Shown here: one piece after another, positions 8,687 through 18,839 of the stretch
How positions within the stretch are numbered: position 1 is the first letter of the stretch
Layout of the letters: the number at the start of each line of letters is the position of its first letter
Source: an uncultured Clostridia bacterium
Lineage (GTDB): Bacteria; Bacillota; Clostridia; Christensenellales; UBA1242
Length of the DNA: 64,000 nucleotides
Assembly: GCA_944372505.1 (NCBI GenBank)
Contig: CALVZK010000001.1
Span: forward strand, 129,185 to 193,184
Direction of reading: 5' to 3'
Position numbers and translations under genes: made by a program
The notes under the pieces: model-generated
Databases searched by the model: none
Told to the model about the DNA's origin: nothing
The model's input: only the letters and a program-made list of their open reading frames with translations

Positions 8687-9571
8687 ATGAATAATACAAT
8701 TTTAAATTTTTTATCTAGAGAAAAAATAGATATTAATAAAATAAATAATTTAGAAGAAAATCATATATATTCTGCTTCTGATATTAATTATATTATAGAT
8801 AGAAATAAAATTTTAAAAAATAATAATTTAAAAAAGAAAATTTCTATAGCAGACATAAAAGGATATAACTACACATTTTATTGTTTAAGCAGAAATTGTA
8901 TAGAGAATATATCACATTTTTTTAACGAACAAGGTTCTGGTTATGAAACAAGATCAATTGGTATGTTAGATTATACATCTGAAAATATTGTAGAAAAACT
9001 CACATACAGTTTTGATAGAGAACCCATTTATTTGATAGAAGCGGACAAAAACAAATACATTATTGGCGATAATGGGCTTCATAGATTTCACATTCTTAAA
9101 ATACATTTCTTAAAAGAACTTAGTTTATTAGAGAACTATAACACAACAGAAATAAACAATTTAAAAAAGAAATATACTATTGATGTAAAAGTTAGTGAAG
9201 TTGATTTCTTTAAATCTTACTCAAAATATATTTTAAGAAAATTAGCATCTTTGCAAGGTAAAAAATTGGATTTAGAAGCAGAAATTGACGGACATTGGAA
9301 TTATACAGGAAATGTAATACTTAAATATTTTGATTATCCTTATAATGAAGATATTTTAAACGATAATCAATTAAAAACCCTATTAAATACAACTCTTACG
9401 AATTTTTTGAATAATAAAACTATAACAAAAAATGAATTTAAACAATTTTTTGATTTGATTGAAAATGCATATAACAATTATGATAGTTTTAAAGAATTTT
9501 TTATAGAAAATCTACAACAATTAATTCCTTATATTAAAAATTTAAACATTAATGAGGAGAAAAAAATATGA
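8687..9571 (+). CDS. hypothetical protein with a ParB/Srx-like N-terminal nuclease-type domain
   Basis: The ORF in the track starts at 8681, but that ATG abuts the -10 box, so the start is moved to the ATG at 8687. EPIYLIEADKNKYIIGDNGLHRFHIL resembles the ParB-N core (..Y.iiDGxHR). The rest is a helical Asn/Lys-rich region. Confidence 0.5.
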   Translation: MNNTILNFLSREKIDINKINNLEENHIYSASDINYIIDRNKILKNNNLKKKISIADIKGYNYTFYCLSRNCIENISHFFNEQGSGYETRSIGMLDYTSENIVEKLTYSFDREPIYLIEADKNKYIIGDNGLHRFHILKIHFLKELSLLENYNTTEINNLKKKYTIDVKVSEVDFFKSYSKYILRKLASLQGKKLDLEAEIDGHWNYTGNVILKYFDYPYNEDILNDNQLKTLLNTTLTNFLNNKTITKNEFKQFFDLIENAYNNYDSFKEFFIENLQQLIPYIKNLNINEEKKI

Positions 9572-9897
9572 TCATATATAAATGTGAAAAATCTGATAAA
9601 AATGATGCTGAAAAATACGAGTTAAAAAATGGTGAACAAGTTATAGGATTTGCCTATTACTTTGGGACAGAAATAAATCCTATAGAAATATATGTAAATG
9701 AAAATGAAAGATCAAATGGATATGGTAAACTACTTTTTGCAAAAATGCTAGAAGTAGCAAAAGAAAAAGGCGCAAAATCTTTATTTTTTCAAATTGAAGA
9801 TAATAACTATATTGTATCGAATATTGTTTCTTCAGCTGGAGCTATACATCTATCATCTACAGATGGTATCACAAAATGGGTTCTGCCAATTTTATAA
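9568..9897 (+). CDS. small GNAT-family N-acetyltransferase
   Basis: 109 aa. Motif A is RSNGYGKLLFAKMLEVAKEKG (R-x-x-G-x-G). SD GAGGAG is present. There is a 4-nt overlap (ATGA) with the upstream gene. Confidence 0.7.
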   Translation: MIIYKCEKSDKNDAEKYELKNGEQVIGFAYYFGTEINPIEIYVNENERSNGYGKLLFAKMLEVAKEKGAKSLFFQIEDNNYIVSNIVSSAGAIHLSSTDGITKWVLPIL

Positions 9898-9981
9898 ATT
9901 AATTCTTTAAACAAAAAATTCAAAAATACAAAAAAATGAATTTTACTTTAAACAACAAAAAATAAAAAAATAAAATAAAAA

Positions 9982-10013
9982 GAACTTTACCAAAATAGTA
10001 AAGTCCTTTTTTT
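9982..10013. terminator. bidirectional terminator between the GNAT gene and flavodoxin
   Basis: GAACTTTAC (9982-9990), loop CAAAATA, GTAAAGTCC (9998-10006), T7 (10007-10013). An A-run lies upstream. Confidence 0.6.
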
Positions 10014-10045
10014 CTAACTTATGAAATTTTTTTTAAATAATTCTT

Positions 10046-10522
10046 TTATTTAATAAAATCGTTTGCCCATTTAGTTAACTCTTTTGTATCTGCATTTGAG
10101 GAGAATCTTTTACCATTCATTAATTTTGCCCCTAAACAAGAGTTTTGTAAAAAAATATTTGTTTTTCCCATCTCTGAACCACCAGATGTTGCAAAAGGCA
10201 CAATAATTTTATTTTTTAAATCATAATTTTCTAAAAATGAATTAATTATAGTTGGTGCTATATACCACCATATAGGAAAACCCACAAATATTATATCATA
10301 TTCACTAATATTTTTTATATCATTTTTTATTTTTGGTCTTGATGATTTGTCTTTCATTTCTAAAGAACTTCTGCTTTTAGGATTCGTCCAATCTAAATCT
10401 TCTTTTGAATATTTTTTCTCTGGCTCTATTTCAAATAAATCAGCATTTATTGAATTTGCTAACCTAATTGCTAGGCTTTTTGTAACTCCACTAGCACTAA
10501 AATAAGCAACTAATTTTTTCAC
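10046..10522 (-). CDS. flavodoxin
   Basis: KKLVAYFSASGVT, WWY and ATSGG flavodoxin-like signatures. The start is re-called to GTG at 10522 because AGGAGG lies 6 nt upstream. The track's TTG at 10528 abuts the SD. Confidence 0.85.
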   Translation of the reverse strand: MKKLVAYFSASGVTKSLAIRLANSINADLFEIEPEKKYSKEDLDWTNPKSRSSLEMKDKSSRPKIKNDIKNISEYDIIFVGFPIWWYIAPTIINSFLENYDLKNKIIVPFATSGGSEMGKTNIFLQNSCLGAKLMNGKRFSSNADTKELTKWANDFIK

Positions 10523-10540
10523 ATTCAACCTCCTAATAAA

Positions 10541-10569
10541 ATTATAAATAAATGAAAATATGCTGTCAA
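10541..10569 (-). promoter_or_regulatory. consensus sigma-A promoter of flavodoxin
   Basis: Minus strand: TTGACA (10569-10564), 17 nt, TATAAT (10546-10541). Confidence 0.6.
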
Positions 10570-10662
10570 ATTTTTTATTTTAAAATAAATAATAAATTAT
10601 AAACTTGACTAATAAAATAAAAAAAATTAAAATACCTATATCAAAAAAATGTAGAGGATAAA

Positions 10663-11220
10663 ATGAGTAAAGTTATAGATATATTAAAAAATTATACCCC
10701 CTATAATTCACAAGAAGAAGGAGACAAAAAATACTTCATAAAATGTGAAGAAAAACAACAAATATTAACTCGTGATAATTTAAATTGTCATTTATGTAGT
10801 TCTGCTTTTATAATTAATAAAAAAAGAAATAAAGTTTTGTGTATATATCACAATATTTATAAATCTTGGACATGGATCGGCGGACACGCCGATGGAGATG
10901 ACGATATGTTAAATGTTGCTCAAAAGGAAACCAAAGAAGAAACATCACTTGATAGTTTTAAAATTTTAAATTTTAATCCAATTTCAATAGATAGTTTACC
11001 AGTTGCATCACATTATAAAAATAATAAATTTGTTCCAGCACATATTCATTTAAATTTTGCATTTCTTTTTGAAGCTGACGAAAAGGCACCTATAAAAATA
11101 AAACCAGATGAGAATACAAAAATTGCTTGGCTTTCATTTAAAAAATTATTAAAAATATCCAAAGAACCTCACATGCTTTCAGTTTACAAAAAAATCATTA
11201 AAAAAATACAAAACTATTAA
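10663..11220 (+). CDS. NUDIX hydrolase
   Basis: Nudix box GGHADGDDDMLNVAQKETKEETS (Gx5Ex7REuxEExG-like). SD AGAGGA is present. Confidence 0.85.
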   Translation: MSKVIDILKNYTPYNSQEEGDKKYFIKCEEKQQILTRDNLNCHLCSSAFIINKKRNKVLCIYHNIYKSWTWIGGHADGDDDMLNVAQKETKEETSLDSFKILNFNPISIDSLPVASHYKNNKFVPAHIHLNFAFLFEADEKAPIKIKPDENTKIAWLSFKKLLKISKEPHMLSVYKKIIKKIQNY

Positions 11221-11250
11221 AAAAACTTCTATAAGAAAATAGAAGTTTTT
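11221..11250. terminator. bidirectional terminator shared by NUDIX and rpoC
   Basis: AAAAACTTCTAT / ATAGAAGTTTTT 12-bp stem with loop AAGAAA, flanked by A and T runs. Confidence 0.7.
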
Positions 11251-11254
11251 ATTT

Positions 11255-14200
11255 TCAAGCAATAGTATCATAATCAACAAAATTATTGTCTCGTTCATCT
11301 TTTACAACAACAGGCATTACAGATCTATATTGTTTTAATCCAGTTCCTGCAGGAATTAACTTACCTATGATAACATTTTCTTTTAATCCAATTAAATTAT
11401 CAATTTTGCCTTTGACTGCAGCATCTGTTAAAGTTCTTGAAGTTTCTTGGAATGAAGCAGCAGAAAGGAAACTTTCTGTTGAAAGAGAGGCTTTGGTTAT
11501 ACCAAGTAAAATTCTTTTAACAGTTGCTGGTACACCACCTTCTTGCAATATTTTTTCATTTTCTTCATCACAACGATAAACATCAATAATTTCACCGGGT
11601 AAAAGAGTAGTATCTCCTGCAGATTCAACTTTAACTTTTTTAAGCATTTGTCTTATAACGATTTCAACATGTTTATCATTAACTTTAACATCTTGACTTC
11701 TATATGTTGAAATTACTTGATTAAGAAGATATTCTTGAAGACCTTTAACTCCTTTCATTCTAAGAAGATCCGCTGGATTTATAGCTCCTGCAGTAAGTTG
11801 CGACCCTGGTTCAACAGTATCTCCGTTTTTTACCATAAGAACCACTGGTTTTTTAGCTTCATACTCAATATCTCCATCTTTTGAGGCAATTGAAAAATAA
11901 TAATATTTTGCATCTTGTTTAATTGTAATTTTACCTGCAACTTCGGAAAGAAGTGCTTCTCCTTTAGGTTTTCTAGCTTCAAAAATTTCTTCTACTCTAG
12001 GTAATCCTTGAGTAATATCCTGAGCAGAAACAACACCTCCAGTATGGAAAGTTCTCATTGTAAGTTGTGTTCCCGGTTCTCCAATAGATTGAGCAGCTAT
12101 TATACCTACTGCTTCTCCAACTGTAACCATCTTTTTATTAGAAAGATCTCTTCCGTAACACTTAGCACAAACACCATGTTTACATCTACAAGTAAATAGA
12201 GAGCGAATTTGAACTTGTTTTATACCTGCATTTTCTATTTCTTCAGCTTGCTCTTTACTAATCATTTCGTTTGCCTCAACTATTACTTTGCCAGTTTTAG
12301 GATTTACAATTTGATCAACACTAACTCTCCCATAAATTCTTTCGGACATTTTTTCTTGAACAACACCATCTGTAATAAGATCTCCAACAAACACACCTTT
12401 TACTTTTTCTCCTGCATCAGCAAAACAATCTTCAGTAGTTACAACTACATCTTGTGAAATATCAACTAGACGACGTGTTAAATAACCAGAATCCGCTGTT
12501 TTTAAAGCGGTATCTGTAAGTCCTTTCCTTGCACCTCTAGCAGTCAAGAAATATTCAATAGGTGTAAGACCTTTTACAAATGAGGATTTAATAGGAACGT
12601 CAATTTTTTCTCCAGAAGCAGTAGTTTTTAATCCAACCATTCCGCTTAAAGAGTTAATTTGTTCTTTATTACCTCTTGCACCTGAAACAAACATTATTTT
12701 AAGAGGATTAAATTCATCCATGCTTTCAATCAAAACTTTCGCAACTTGATCTTTAGCTTCAGCCCACAATTGCATATTGTTTCTTATCTTTTCATCAAGC
12801 GTAATAAGCCCTCTTTTAAATAATTTATCGTTTTCGATAACTTTTTGTTCCGTTTCAGAAATAATAGCTTGTTTTTCTTTAGGTTCAGCAATATCAAAAG
12901 CATTAACAGTTAAAGATCCTAAAGTAGAATATTTATAACCCATTTCCTTGATTCTATCAACAAGTTTAGCACATTCTGTAGTTCCATGAATATCATAACA
13001 TTTAGCAAGAATATTACTTAAATCCTTCTTTACTACAAACTTGTTAAACTCAAGTTCACAAATATTTTCAGGATTTGATCTGTCTACAAATCCCAAATCT
13101 TGAGGAATTTGTTCATTAAACAAAACTCTTCCAATAGTAGTTTCTATAATTTTTGAATAAATTTTACCATCAATTTCTTTTTCAAGTCTGACTTTTATTT
13201 TGGCTTGAATATGAAGATTTTGAGTTTGGTAAGCTATAATTGCTTCTTCCTTTGAAGAATAAATATTTCCCTCTCCTAATACTCCTGGCTTTTCTAGTGT
13301 CATATACGCACAGCCAAGTACAATATCTTGTGAAGGAGTAACTATAGGTTCTCCATCTGATAATTTCAAAATATTATTTGATGCAAGCATTAGCGTTCTT
13401 GCTTCACTTCTAGCATCTATAGATAAAGGAACATGCACTGACATTTGGTCTCCATCAAAGTCCGCATTAAAAGCACCACAAACAGATGGATGAAGTTTAA
13501 TAGCTCTCCCTTCTACTAAAACTGGTTCAAACGCTTGAACAGAAAGTCTATGAAGTGTTGGTGCACGATTTAAGAAAACTGGATGATCCTTAATTACTTC
13601 AGCAAGAATATCCCAAACTACTGGTTTTTCTTTTTCAATCATTCTTTTTGCTGCTTTAATGTTATTTGACTTATTAAGATCAACTAACCTATTCATTATA
13701 AATGGTTTAAATAATTCTAATGCCATTTCTTTAGGAAGACCACATTGATACATTTTAAGTTCTGGTCCTACTACAATAACTGATCTTCCTGAATAATCCA
13801 CACGTTTACCAAGTAAATTTAATCTAAATCTTCCTTGTTTTCCTCCTAACATTGCTGTTAAGGATTTAAGATCTCGTTGTTTAGAACTTTGTACAGCCTT
13901 CCCACGTTTACCATTATCTATCAAATTATCAACAGCCTCTTGAAGCATTCTTTTTTCATTTCTAACAATAACATCAGGCGCACCAAGTTCAATTAATTTC
14001 TTTAAACGATTATTTCTATTTATTACTCTTCTATATAAATCATTTAAATCACTTGTCGCATACCTACCACCATCTAATGGAACCATTGGACGTAAGTCTG
14101 GAGGTAATACAGGAATAACATCAAGTACCATCCATGTTGGATCATTTCCACTTGACAAGAAAGATTCAACAACATCAAGTTTTTTCATAGCCTTGATTTT

Positions 14201-14809
14201 TCTTTGTCCTTTTAAAGTAACTAATGATTCCTTAAGTGATTTAGATTCCTTTTCGAGGTTTACATCTGCAAGCAATTTTTTAATTGCTTCAGCTCCCATA
14301 CCAACAACAAAAGCATCAGAGCCATATTTTTCACAATAATCATAATATTCTTTATCTGTAATAACTTGTTTGTACATCAAATCTGTCTTTTTTGGATCAA
14401 GAACAACATAACAAACATAGTAAACAATTTGCTCTAATACTTTTGGAGTCATCTCTAAAAGTGTACCAATTTTTGAAGGAACATTTCTAAAAAACCATAT
14501 GTGAGTACAAGGAGCTGCGAGTTCAATATGTCCCATTCTTTCTCTACGAACTTTAGCTCTAGTAACTTCAACCCCACATTTATCACACACTACACCTTTG
14601 TAACGAACTCTTTTGTATCTTCCACATTGACATTCCCAATCTTTTCTAGGCCCAAATATTTTTTCACAAAAAAGACCGTCCTTTTCAGGCTTTTGAGTTC
14701 TATAATTAATTGTTTCAGGCTTGGTAACTTCACCATGAGACCATTCTCTTATTTTCTCTGGTGAAGCAATGCCTATTCTAATAGAATCAAAATTGTTTAG
14801 TTCAAACAT
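11255..14809 (-). CDS. rpoC: DNA-directed RNA polymerase subunit beta'
   Basis: 1184 aa. Zinc-binding CxCGxYxxxxxxxxxCxxCGVEV and the catalytic NADFDGDQM motif are present. Confidence 0.97.
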   Translation of the reverse strand: MFELNNFDSIRIGIASPEKIREWSHGEVTKPETINYRTQKPEKDGLFCEKIFGPRKDWECQCGRYKRVRYKGVVCDKCGVEVTRAKVRRERMGHIELAAPCTHIWFFRNVPSKIGTLLEMTPKVLEQIVYYVCYVVLDPKKTDLMYKQVITDKEYYDYCEKYGSDAFVVGMGAEAIKKLLADVNLEKESKSLKESLVTLKGQRKIKAMKKLDVVESFLSSGNDPTWMVLDVIPVLPPDLRPMVPLDGGRYATSDLNDLYRRVINRNNRLKKLIELGAPDVIVRNEKRMLQEAVDNLIDNGKRGKAVQSSKQRDLKSLTAMLGGKQGRFRLNLLGKRVDYSGRSVIVVGPELKMYQCGLPKEMALELFKPFIMNRLVDLNKSNNIKAAKRMIEKEKPVVWDILAEVIKDHPVFLNRAPTLHRLSVQAFEPVLVEGRAIKLHPSVCGAFNADFDGDQMSVHVPLSIDARSEARTLMLASNNILKLSDGEPIVTPSQDIVLGCAYMTLEKPGVLGEGNIYSSKEEAIIAYQTQNLHIQAKIKVRLEKEIDGKIYSKIIETTIGRVLFNEQIPQDLGFVDRSNPENICELEFNKFVVKKDLSNILAKCYDIHGTTECAKLVDRIKEMGYKYSTLGSLTVNAFDIAEPKEKQAIISETEQKVIENDKLFKRGLITLDEKIRNNMQLWAEAKDQVAKVLIESMDEFNPLKIMFVSGARGNKEQINSLSGMVGLKTTASGEKIDVPIKSSFVKGLTPIEYFLTARGARKGLTDTALKTADSGYLTRRLVDISQDVVVTTEDCFADAGEKVKGVFVGDLITDGVVQEKMSERIYGRVSVDQIVNPKTGKVIVEANEMISKEQAEEIENAGIKQVQIRSLFTCRCKHGVCAKCYGRDLSNKKMVTVGEAVGIIAAQSIGEPGTQLTMRTFHTGGVVSAQDITQGLPRVEEIFEARKPKGEALLSEVAGKITIKQDAKYYYFSIASKDGDIEYEAKKPVVLMVKNGDTVEPGSQLTAGAINPADLLRMKGVKGLQEYLLNQVISTYRSQDVKVNDKHVEIVIRQMLKKVKVESAGDTTLLPGEIIDVYRCDEENEKILQEGGVPATVKRILLGITKASLSTESFLSAASFQETSRTLTDAAVKGKIDNLIGLKENVIIGKLIPAGTGLKQYRSVMPVVVKDERDNNFVDYDTIA

Positions 14810-14826
14810 GTTAAATCCCCTTTTTA

Positions 14827-17800
14827 TTATTCATCAAAGTCCCCGAAATCATCAAAAATATCTAGATTATCGAGATTATCATTTTTTGTAGTTTCTTCGA
14901 AGACTTCAAATAATTCTTTGTCTTCCTCTTCGCCTGTTGAAGTCTTTTCTTTATTTAAACTTTCTTCTAAATCATATATACCCTCTGCAAGATCCTTTTC
15001 AGTATCTTGAGCAATAGTTGGAGTCACGTCTTGTTCATCTTGACTTAACTCATTAATAGAAATTTCTTTATCCCCATCAGTAAGAATTTTGACATCTAGT
15101 CCAAGTGCTTGTAATTCTTTAACTAAAACTTTAAACGATTCAGGTATTCCTGGTTCTGCAATAGGTAATCCTTTAATAATAGCTTCATAAGTTTTTAACC
15201 TACCATTTAAATCATCTGATTTAACAGTAAGCATTTCCTGTAATATATGGCTAGCACCATAAGCTTCAAGTGCCCAAACTTCCATTTCTCCAAATCTTTG
15301 CCCACCAAACAATGATTTTCCGCCCAAAGGTTGTTGAGTAATCAATGCATAAGGTCCAATAGATCTAGCATGTATTTTAGAATCTACCATATGTTCAAGT
15401 TTAAGCATATATTTAAATCCTACAGTGGTTAAATTATCAAAAGGCTCCCCAGTTCTTCCATCATATAATTGAATTTTTCCATCAGGTCTAAAGTTATTTT
15501 CTGCTAATAATTCACTAATTTCTTCAGCACTTGCTCCGTCAAATGCAGGTGTAGCAACTTTCCAGCCCAAAGTTTTTGCAACTAGACCGAGATGCGTTTC
15601 CATAATTTGCCCAATATTCATACGAGATGGAAGTCCAAGAGGACTTAATACTATATCAAGTGCTTTTCCATTAGCCATATAAGGCATATCTGCTTCTGGT
15701 AAAATAATAGAAACAACACCTTTATTTCCATATCTACCTGCCATTTTGTCACCCACTGAAAGTTTTCTTTTTTGAGCAACAGTAACTTTAACCATCATTG
15801 TAACACCAGGTTCGAGGTCATCTTTGTTCTTTTTTGAAAATACTTGAACATCAACTACTACTCCACCTTTACCATGTTGTACTCGCAAGGAAGTATCTCT
15901 AACATCTCTCGCTTTATCACCGAATATTGCTCTTAAAAGTCTTTCCTCTGGAGTTAAATCTGTTTCTCCTTTAGGAGTTACTTTGCCAACTAAAATATCA
16001 TTTGGATGAACCTCAGCTCCAATTCTAACAATACCATTTTCATCTAGATCTTTAAGTGCATCTTCACCAAGATTTGGTATATCTCTAGTAATTACTTCAT
16101 CACCAAGTTTAGTTGTTCTACATTTTATTTCGTGATCATATAGTGTTATTGAAGTATATACATCTTCTTTAACAAGTCTTTCGTTAATTAAAATAGCATC
16201 TTCGAAGTTTTGACCTTCCCAGTTCATATATCCAACTAAGACATTTTTACCAACCGCAAGTTCTCCTTTGTCTGTAGAATAACCATCTGTTAAAACATCA
16301 TCAGCCTCTACTTTTTCACCTTTAACTACACAAGGTCTTTGATTGAAACATACGTCGTCATTTGCTTTAGCGAATTTGGTCAACTTATAAATATCTTCAT
16401 CGCCTTTATCAGTAAGAACTCTTATTTCATCAGCAGAAACATAACTAACCGTTCCAGCTCTTTTTGCAAGTAACACACAACCACTATCATGTGCAGCAAT
16501 AGCTTCCATACCAGTACCAACTATTGGTGCTTCTGGGCGAAGTACAGGTACTGCTTGACGTTGCATGTTTGCCCCCATAAGAGCTCGGTTTGCTTCATTA
16601 CCATTTACGAAAGGAATTAGGCTAGTAGCAACAGATATCATTTGTCTTGGAGATACATCCATATAATCAACTTTACTAGGTGCTACCTCTTCAATAACCG
16701 AACCATGTCGGCACATAATTCTTTTGTTTACAAAATGACCTTCACTATCAAGTGGCTCTATAGCCTGAGCAATATAACTTTCATTTTCTACATCAGCCAT
16801 TTTATAAACTATATCTTTAGTTACAATTCCCCTTTCTTTATCAACAACTCTATAAGGAGTTTCAAGGAAACCATAATCGTTGACTCTAGTATAAGTAGCA
16901 AGCGTGTTAATCAAACCAATAGATTGACCTTCTGGAGTTTCAACAGGACAAATTCTTCCATAATGTGTGAAATGAATATCACGAATTTCAGGATCTGCTC
17001 TTTCCTTTTTGATACCTCCTGGTCCTATAGCGGATACACGACGTTTTTGAGTGATACCAGAAAGAGGATTTTTTTGATCCATAATTTGTGATAATTGAGA
17101 TTGAGAGAAGAAATCACGAAGTGCTTTATTAACTGCTTTTGGATTCATGATTTGAGAAGGTGTAACTTCTTCGAATTCTCTACCCTGTAGTGTCTCTTTA
17201 ATATTAGTAGAAAGTTTGGTAACCCCTGACCTAAATGCATTACAAGCAAGTTCTCCAACGGTAGCTACTCTTTTGTTGGATAGATGCTCTATTTTATCTA
17301 TAGTTCCGATTCCTTCTAATAAATCTAAATAGCAGGATATAGTAGCAAGAATATCATCCATAGTTAAAGTTGTAATAATCAACTCTTTTACATTATTTTT
17401 TATAGCCTCAATTCTCTTTTCTTTTGTTTTGTTTGATGAAAGAATCTGCATTAAAACAGGATAGTAAACATCTTCGAAAATTCCTAATTCTTCTTGATTA
17501 CATGGGAAAACTTCAGACAAGGTAACTCTATTATTTCCTCTCATAAGATGTTTTTTACCATTTACTTGTACCCAAACTTCATTTACACCAGCGTTTTGAA
17601 CTTTTTTTGCACTTTCTTTATTAAATTCTTCCCCAGCTCTAACTAAAAGTTCTCCATCAACAATTATATCATCTGCATTTATAAGACCTGGGAGTCTTTC
17701 TTTAAGACCTAATTTTTTATTAAACTTATATCTTCCAACTCTAGAAAGATTATAATAAGCATCAGTAAAGAAAGAAACATTTAAGAAACTTCTAGTACTT

Positions 17801-18543
17801 TCTACAGATGGAACATCTGCAGGTCTAGTTTTTCTTGAAAACTCTAGTAATGCCTCTTCTTGAGTCGTTTGAGTTTCTTTATCTAAAACATTTTTAATAT
17901 ATCTATTATTCCCAAAAGCTCTTAAAATTTCCTCATTTGTAAACCCGAAGCATTTAAGGAAAAGTCCAAGACTAATTTTGTTTTTTCTTTCAAGAACAAT
18001 TTTTAAATTTTCGTTTGCACCTTGTTCGATTTCTATCCAATTACCATGAACAGGAATTACTTGTGCTCTTAATGTAGAATTATCATCTTTTTCCCTTGAA
18101 AGATAAACACTAGGTGCTCTTACTATTTGATTGATAACAACTCTTTCAATTCCGTTAAAAATGAACGAGCCTTGTTCAGTCATCATAGGAACATCACCCA
18201 TAAAAACTTCTTGCTCAACAGCTTGTCCAGTTTCTTCAACTACAAATCTAACTTTAATTTTAAGTGGCGAAGAATAAGCAGCCCCTCTTCTTTTGCATTC
18301 GTTAATATCATATTTAGGTTGAGCAAAAGGTAAAATTTCAGTCACATACAACTTTGCTTTACCTGAATAATCTGTAAGAGGAAAAAATTCATCTAAAACT
18401 TTTTTTATTCCTTTGGTTAAAAAATCATTATAAGATTTCTTTTGAACTTCAAGAAGTGGTGGCACTTTCATAAGTTCATCGCAATGCCCAAAAGTATATC
18501 TTTCGGTTTTTCCTTGTTTTACTTTTCTAACATTGATAGACAT
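14827..18543 (-). CDS. rpoB: DNA-directed RNA polymerase subunit beta
   Basis: 1238 aa with conserved beta-subunit blocks ([15 protein letters not shown]-like region, [14 protein letters not shown]). An acidic tail of about 70 aa ends in [11 protein letters not shown]. Confidence 0.97.
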   Translation of the reverse strand: MSINVRKVKQGKTERYTFGHCDELMKVPPLLEVQKKSYNDFLTKGIKKVLDEFFPLTDYSGKAKLYVTEILPFAQPKYDINECKRRGAAYSSPLKIKVRFVVEETGQAVEQEVFMGDVPMMTEQGSFIFNGIERVVINQIVRAPSVYLSREKDDNSTLRAQVIPVHGNWIEIEQGANENLKIVLERKNKISLGLFLKCFGFTNEEILRAFGNNRYIKNVLDKETQTTQEEALLEFSRKTRPADVPSVESTRSFLNVSFFTDAYYNLSRVGRYKFNKKLGLKERLPGLINADDIIVDGELLVRAGEEFNKESAKKVQNAGVNEVWVQVNGKKHLMRGNNRVTLSEVFPCNQEELGIFEDVYYPVLMQILSSNKTKEKRIEAIKNNVKELIITTLTMDDILATISCYLDLLEGIGTIDKIEHLSNKRVATVGELACNAFRSGVTKLSTNIKETLQGREFEEVTPSQIMNPKAVNKALRDFFSQSQLSQIMDQKNPLSGITQKRRVSAIGPGGIKKERADPEIRDIHFTHYGRICPVETPEGQSIGLINTLATYTRVNDYGFLETPYRVVDKERGIVTKDIVYKMADVENESYIAQAIEPLDSEGHFVNKRIMCRHGSVIEEVAPSKVDYMDVSPRQMISVATSLIPFVNGNEANRALMGANMQRQAVPVLRPEAPIVGTGMEAIAAHDSGCVLLAKRAGTVSYVSADEIRVLTDKGDEDIYKLTKFAKANDDVCFNQRPCVVKGEKVEADDVLTDGYSTDKGELAVGKNVLVGYMNWEGQNFEDAILINERLVKEDVYTSITLYDHEIKCRTTKLGDEVITRDIPNLGEDALKDLDENGIVRIGAEVHPNDILVGKVTPKGETDLTPEERLLRAIFGDKARDVRDTSLRVQHGKGGVVVDVQVFSKKNKDDLEPGVTMMVKVTVAQKRKLSVGDKMAGRYGNKGVVSIILPEADMPYMANGKALDIVLSPLGLPSRMNIGQIMETHLGLVAKTLGWKVATPAFDGASAEEISELLAENNFRPDGKIQLYDGRTGEPFDNLTTVGFKYMLKLEHMVDSKIHARSIGPYALITQQPLGGKSLFGGQRFGEMEVWALEAYGASHILQEMLTVKSDDLNGRLKTYEAIIKGLPIAEPGIPESFKVLVKELQALGLDVKILTDGDKEISINELSQDEQDVTPTIAQDTEKDLAEGIYDLEESLNKEKTSTGEEEDKELFEVFEETTKNDNLDNLDIFDDFGDFDE

Positions 18544-18572
18544 TTATTTCTCCTTATTTTGTGTAGTGACCG

Positions 18573-18618
18573 AAAAAAGCAAAAAAGGACCTTATAGCAC
18601 AAAAATGCCATAATAGTC
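18573..18618 (-). terminator. terminator-like hairpin plus U-tract inside the rpoB 5' leader (candidate attenuator)
   Basis: Minus strand: GGACTATTATGGCA-TTTTTG-TGCTATAAGGTCC (18618-18586), followed by TTTTTGCTTTTTT (18585-18573). This lies about 30 nt upstream of the rpoB SD. Confidence 0.4.
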
Positions 18619-18673
18619 CCTATCTATTAAGTTAAAAACTCTTAATCTTCTTCACAGCCCTATAGTCTTATTA

Positions 18674-18703
18674 ATTATAGCATAATAAAATTATATAAGT
18701 CAA
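18674..18703 (-). promoter_or_regulatory. sigma-A promoter of rpoBC
   Basis: Minus strand: TTGACT (18703-18698), 18 nt, TGC-extended TATAAT (18679-18674). Confidence 0.55.
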
Positions 18704-18800
18704 TAATTTTTTTACATTTTTTTATAATATATACATTGTTTTTTTAAATTAATTATTCTTAAAAACTATAATTTTGTCATATAATGTAAAATGAATTTTG

Positions 18801-18839
18801 AAAAATTAATAAATAATAAAAGAAGGTTCCCCTTCTTTT
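18801..18839 (-). terminator. intrinsic terminator after the giant gene
   Basis: AAAAGAAGG-GGAA-CCTTCTTTT (18839-18818) overlaps the TAA stop and is followed by the T-rich ATTATTTATTAATTTTT. Confidence 0.6.

Noticed and set aside
10523-10528. TTG starts given by the ORF track for flavodoxin (10528) and ftsH (61717), and the TTG at 34039 for the PRC-barrel gene.
   Set aside because: - For flavodoxin and ftsH, a strong GGAGG-type SD lies inside the proposed first codons, at the correct distance from a downstream GTG.
- For the PRC-barrel gene there is no SD, and the extension (MNCCHIAF...) is implausible, so the downstream ATG at 33994 is used.
11286-18333. Plus-strand ORFs of 63-149 aa inside rpoC and rpoB (11286-11579, 12008-12199, 12209-12457, 14501-14764, 16642-17091, 18127-18333).
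   Set aside because: They lie antisense within highly conserved genes and translate to low-complexity Ser/Phe/Asn-rich sequence typical of AT-rich antisense frames. They have no SD or promoter.
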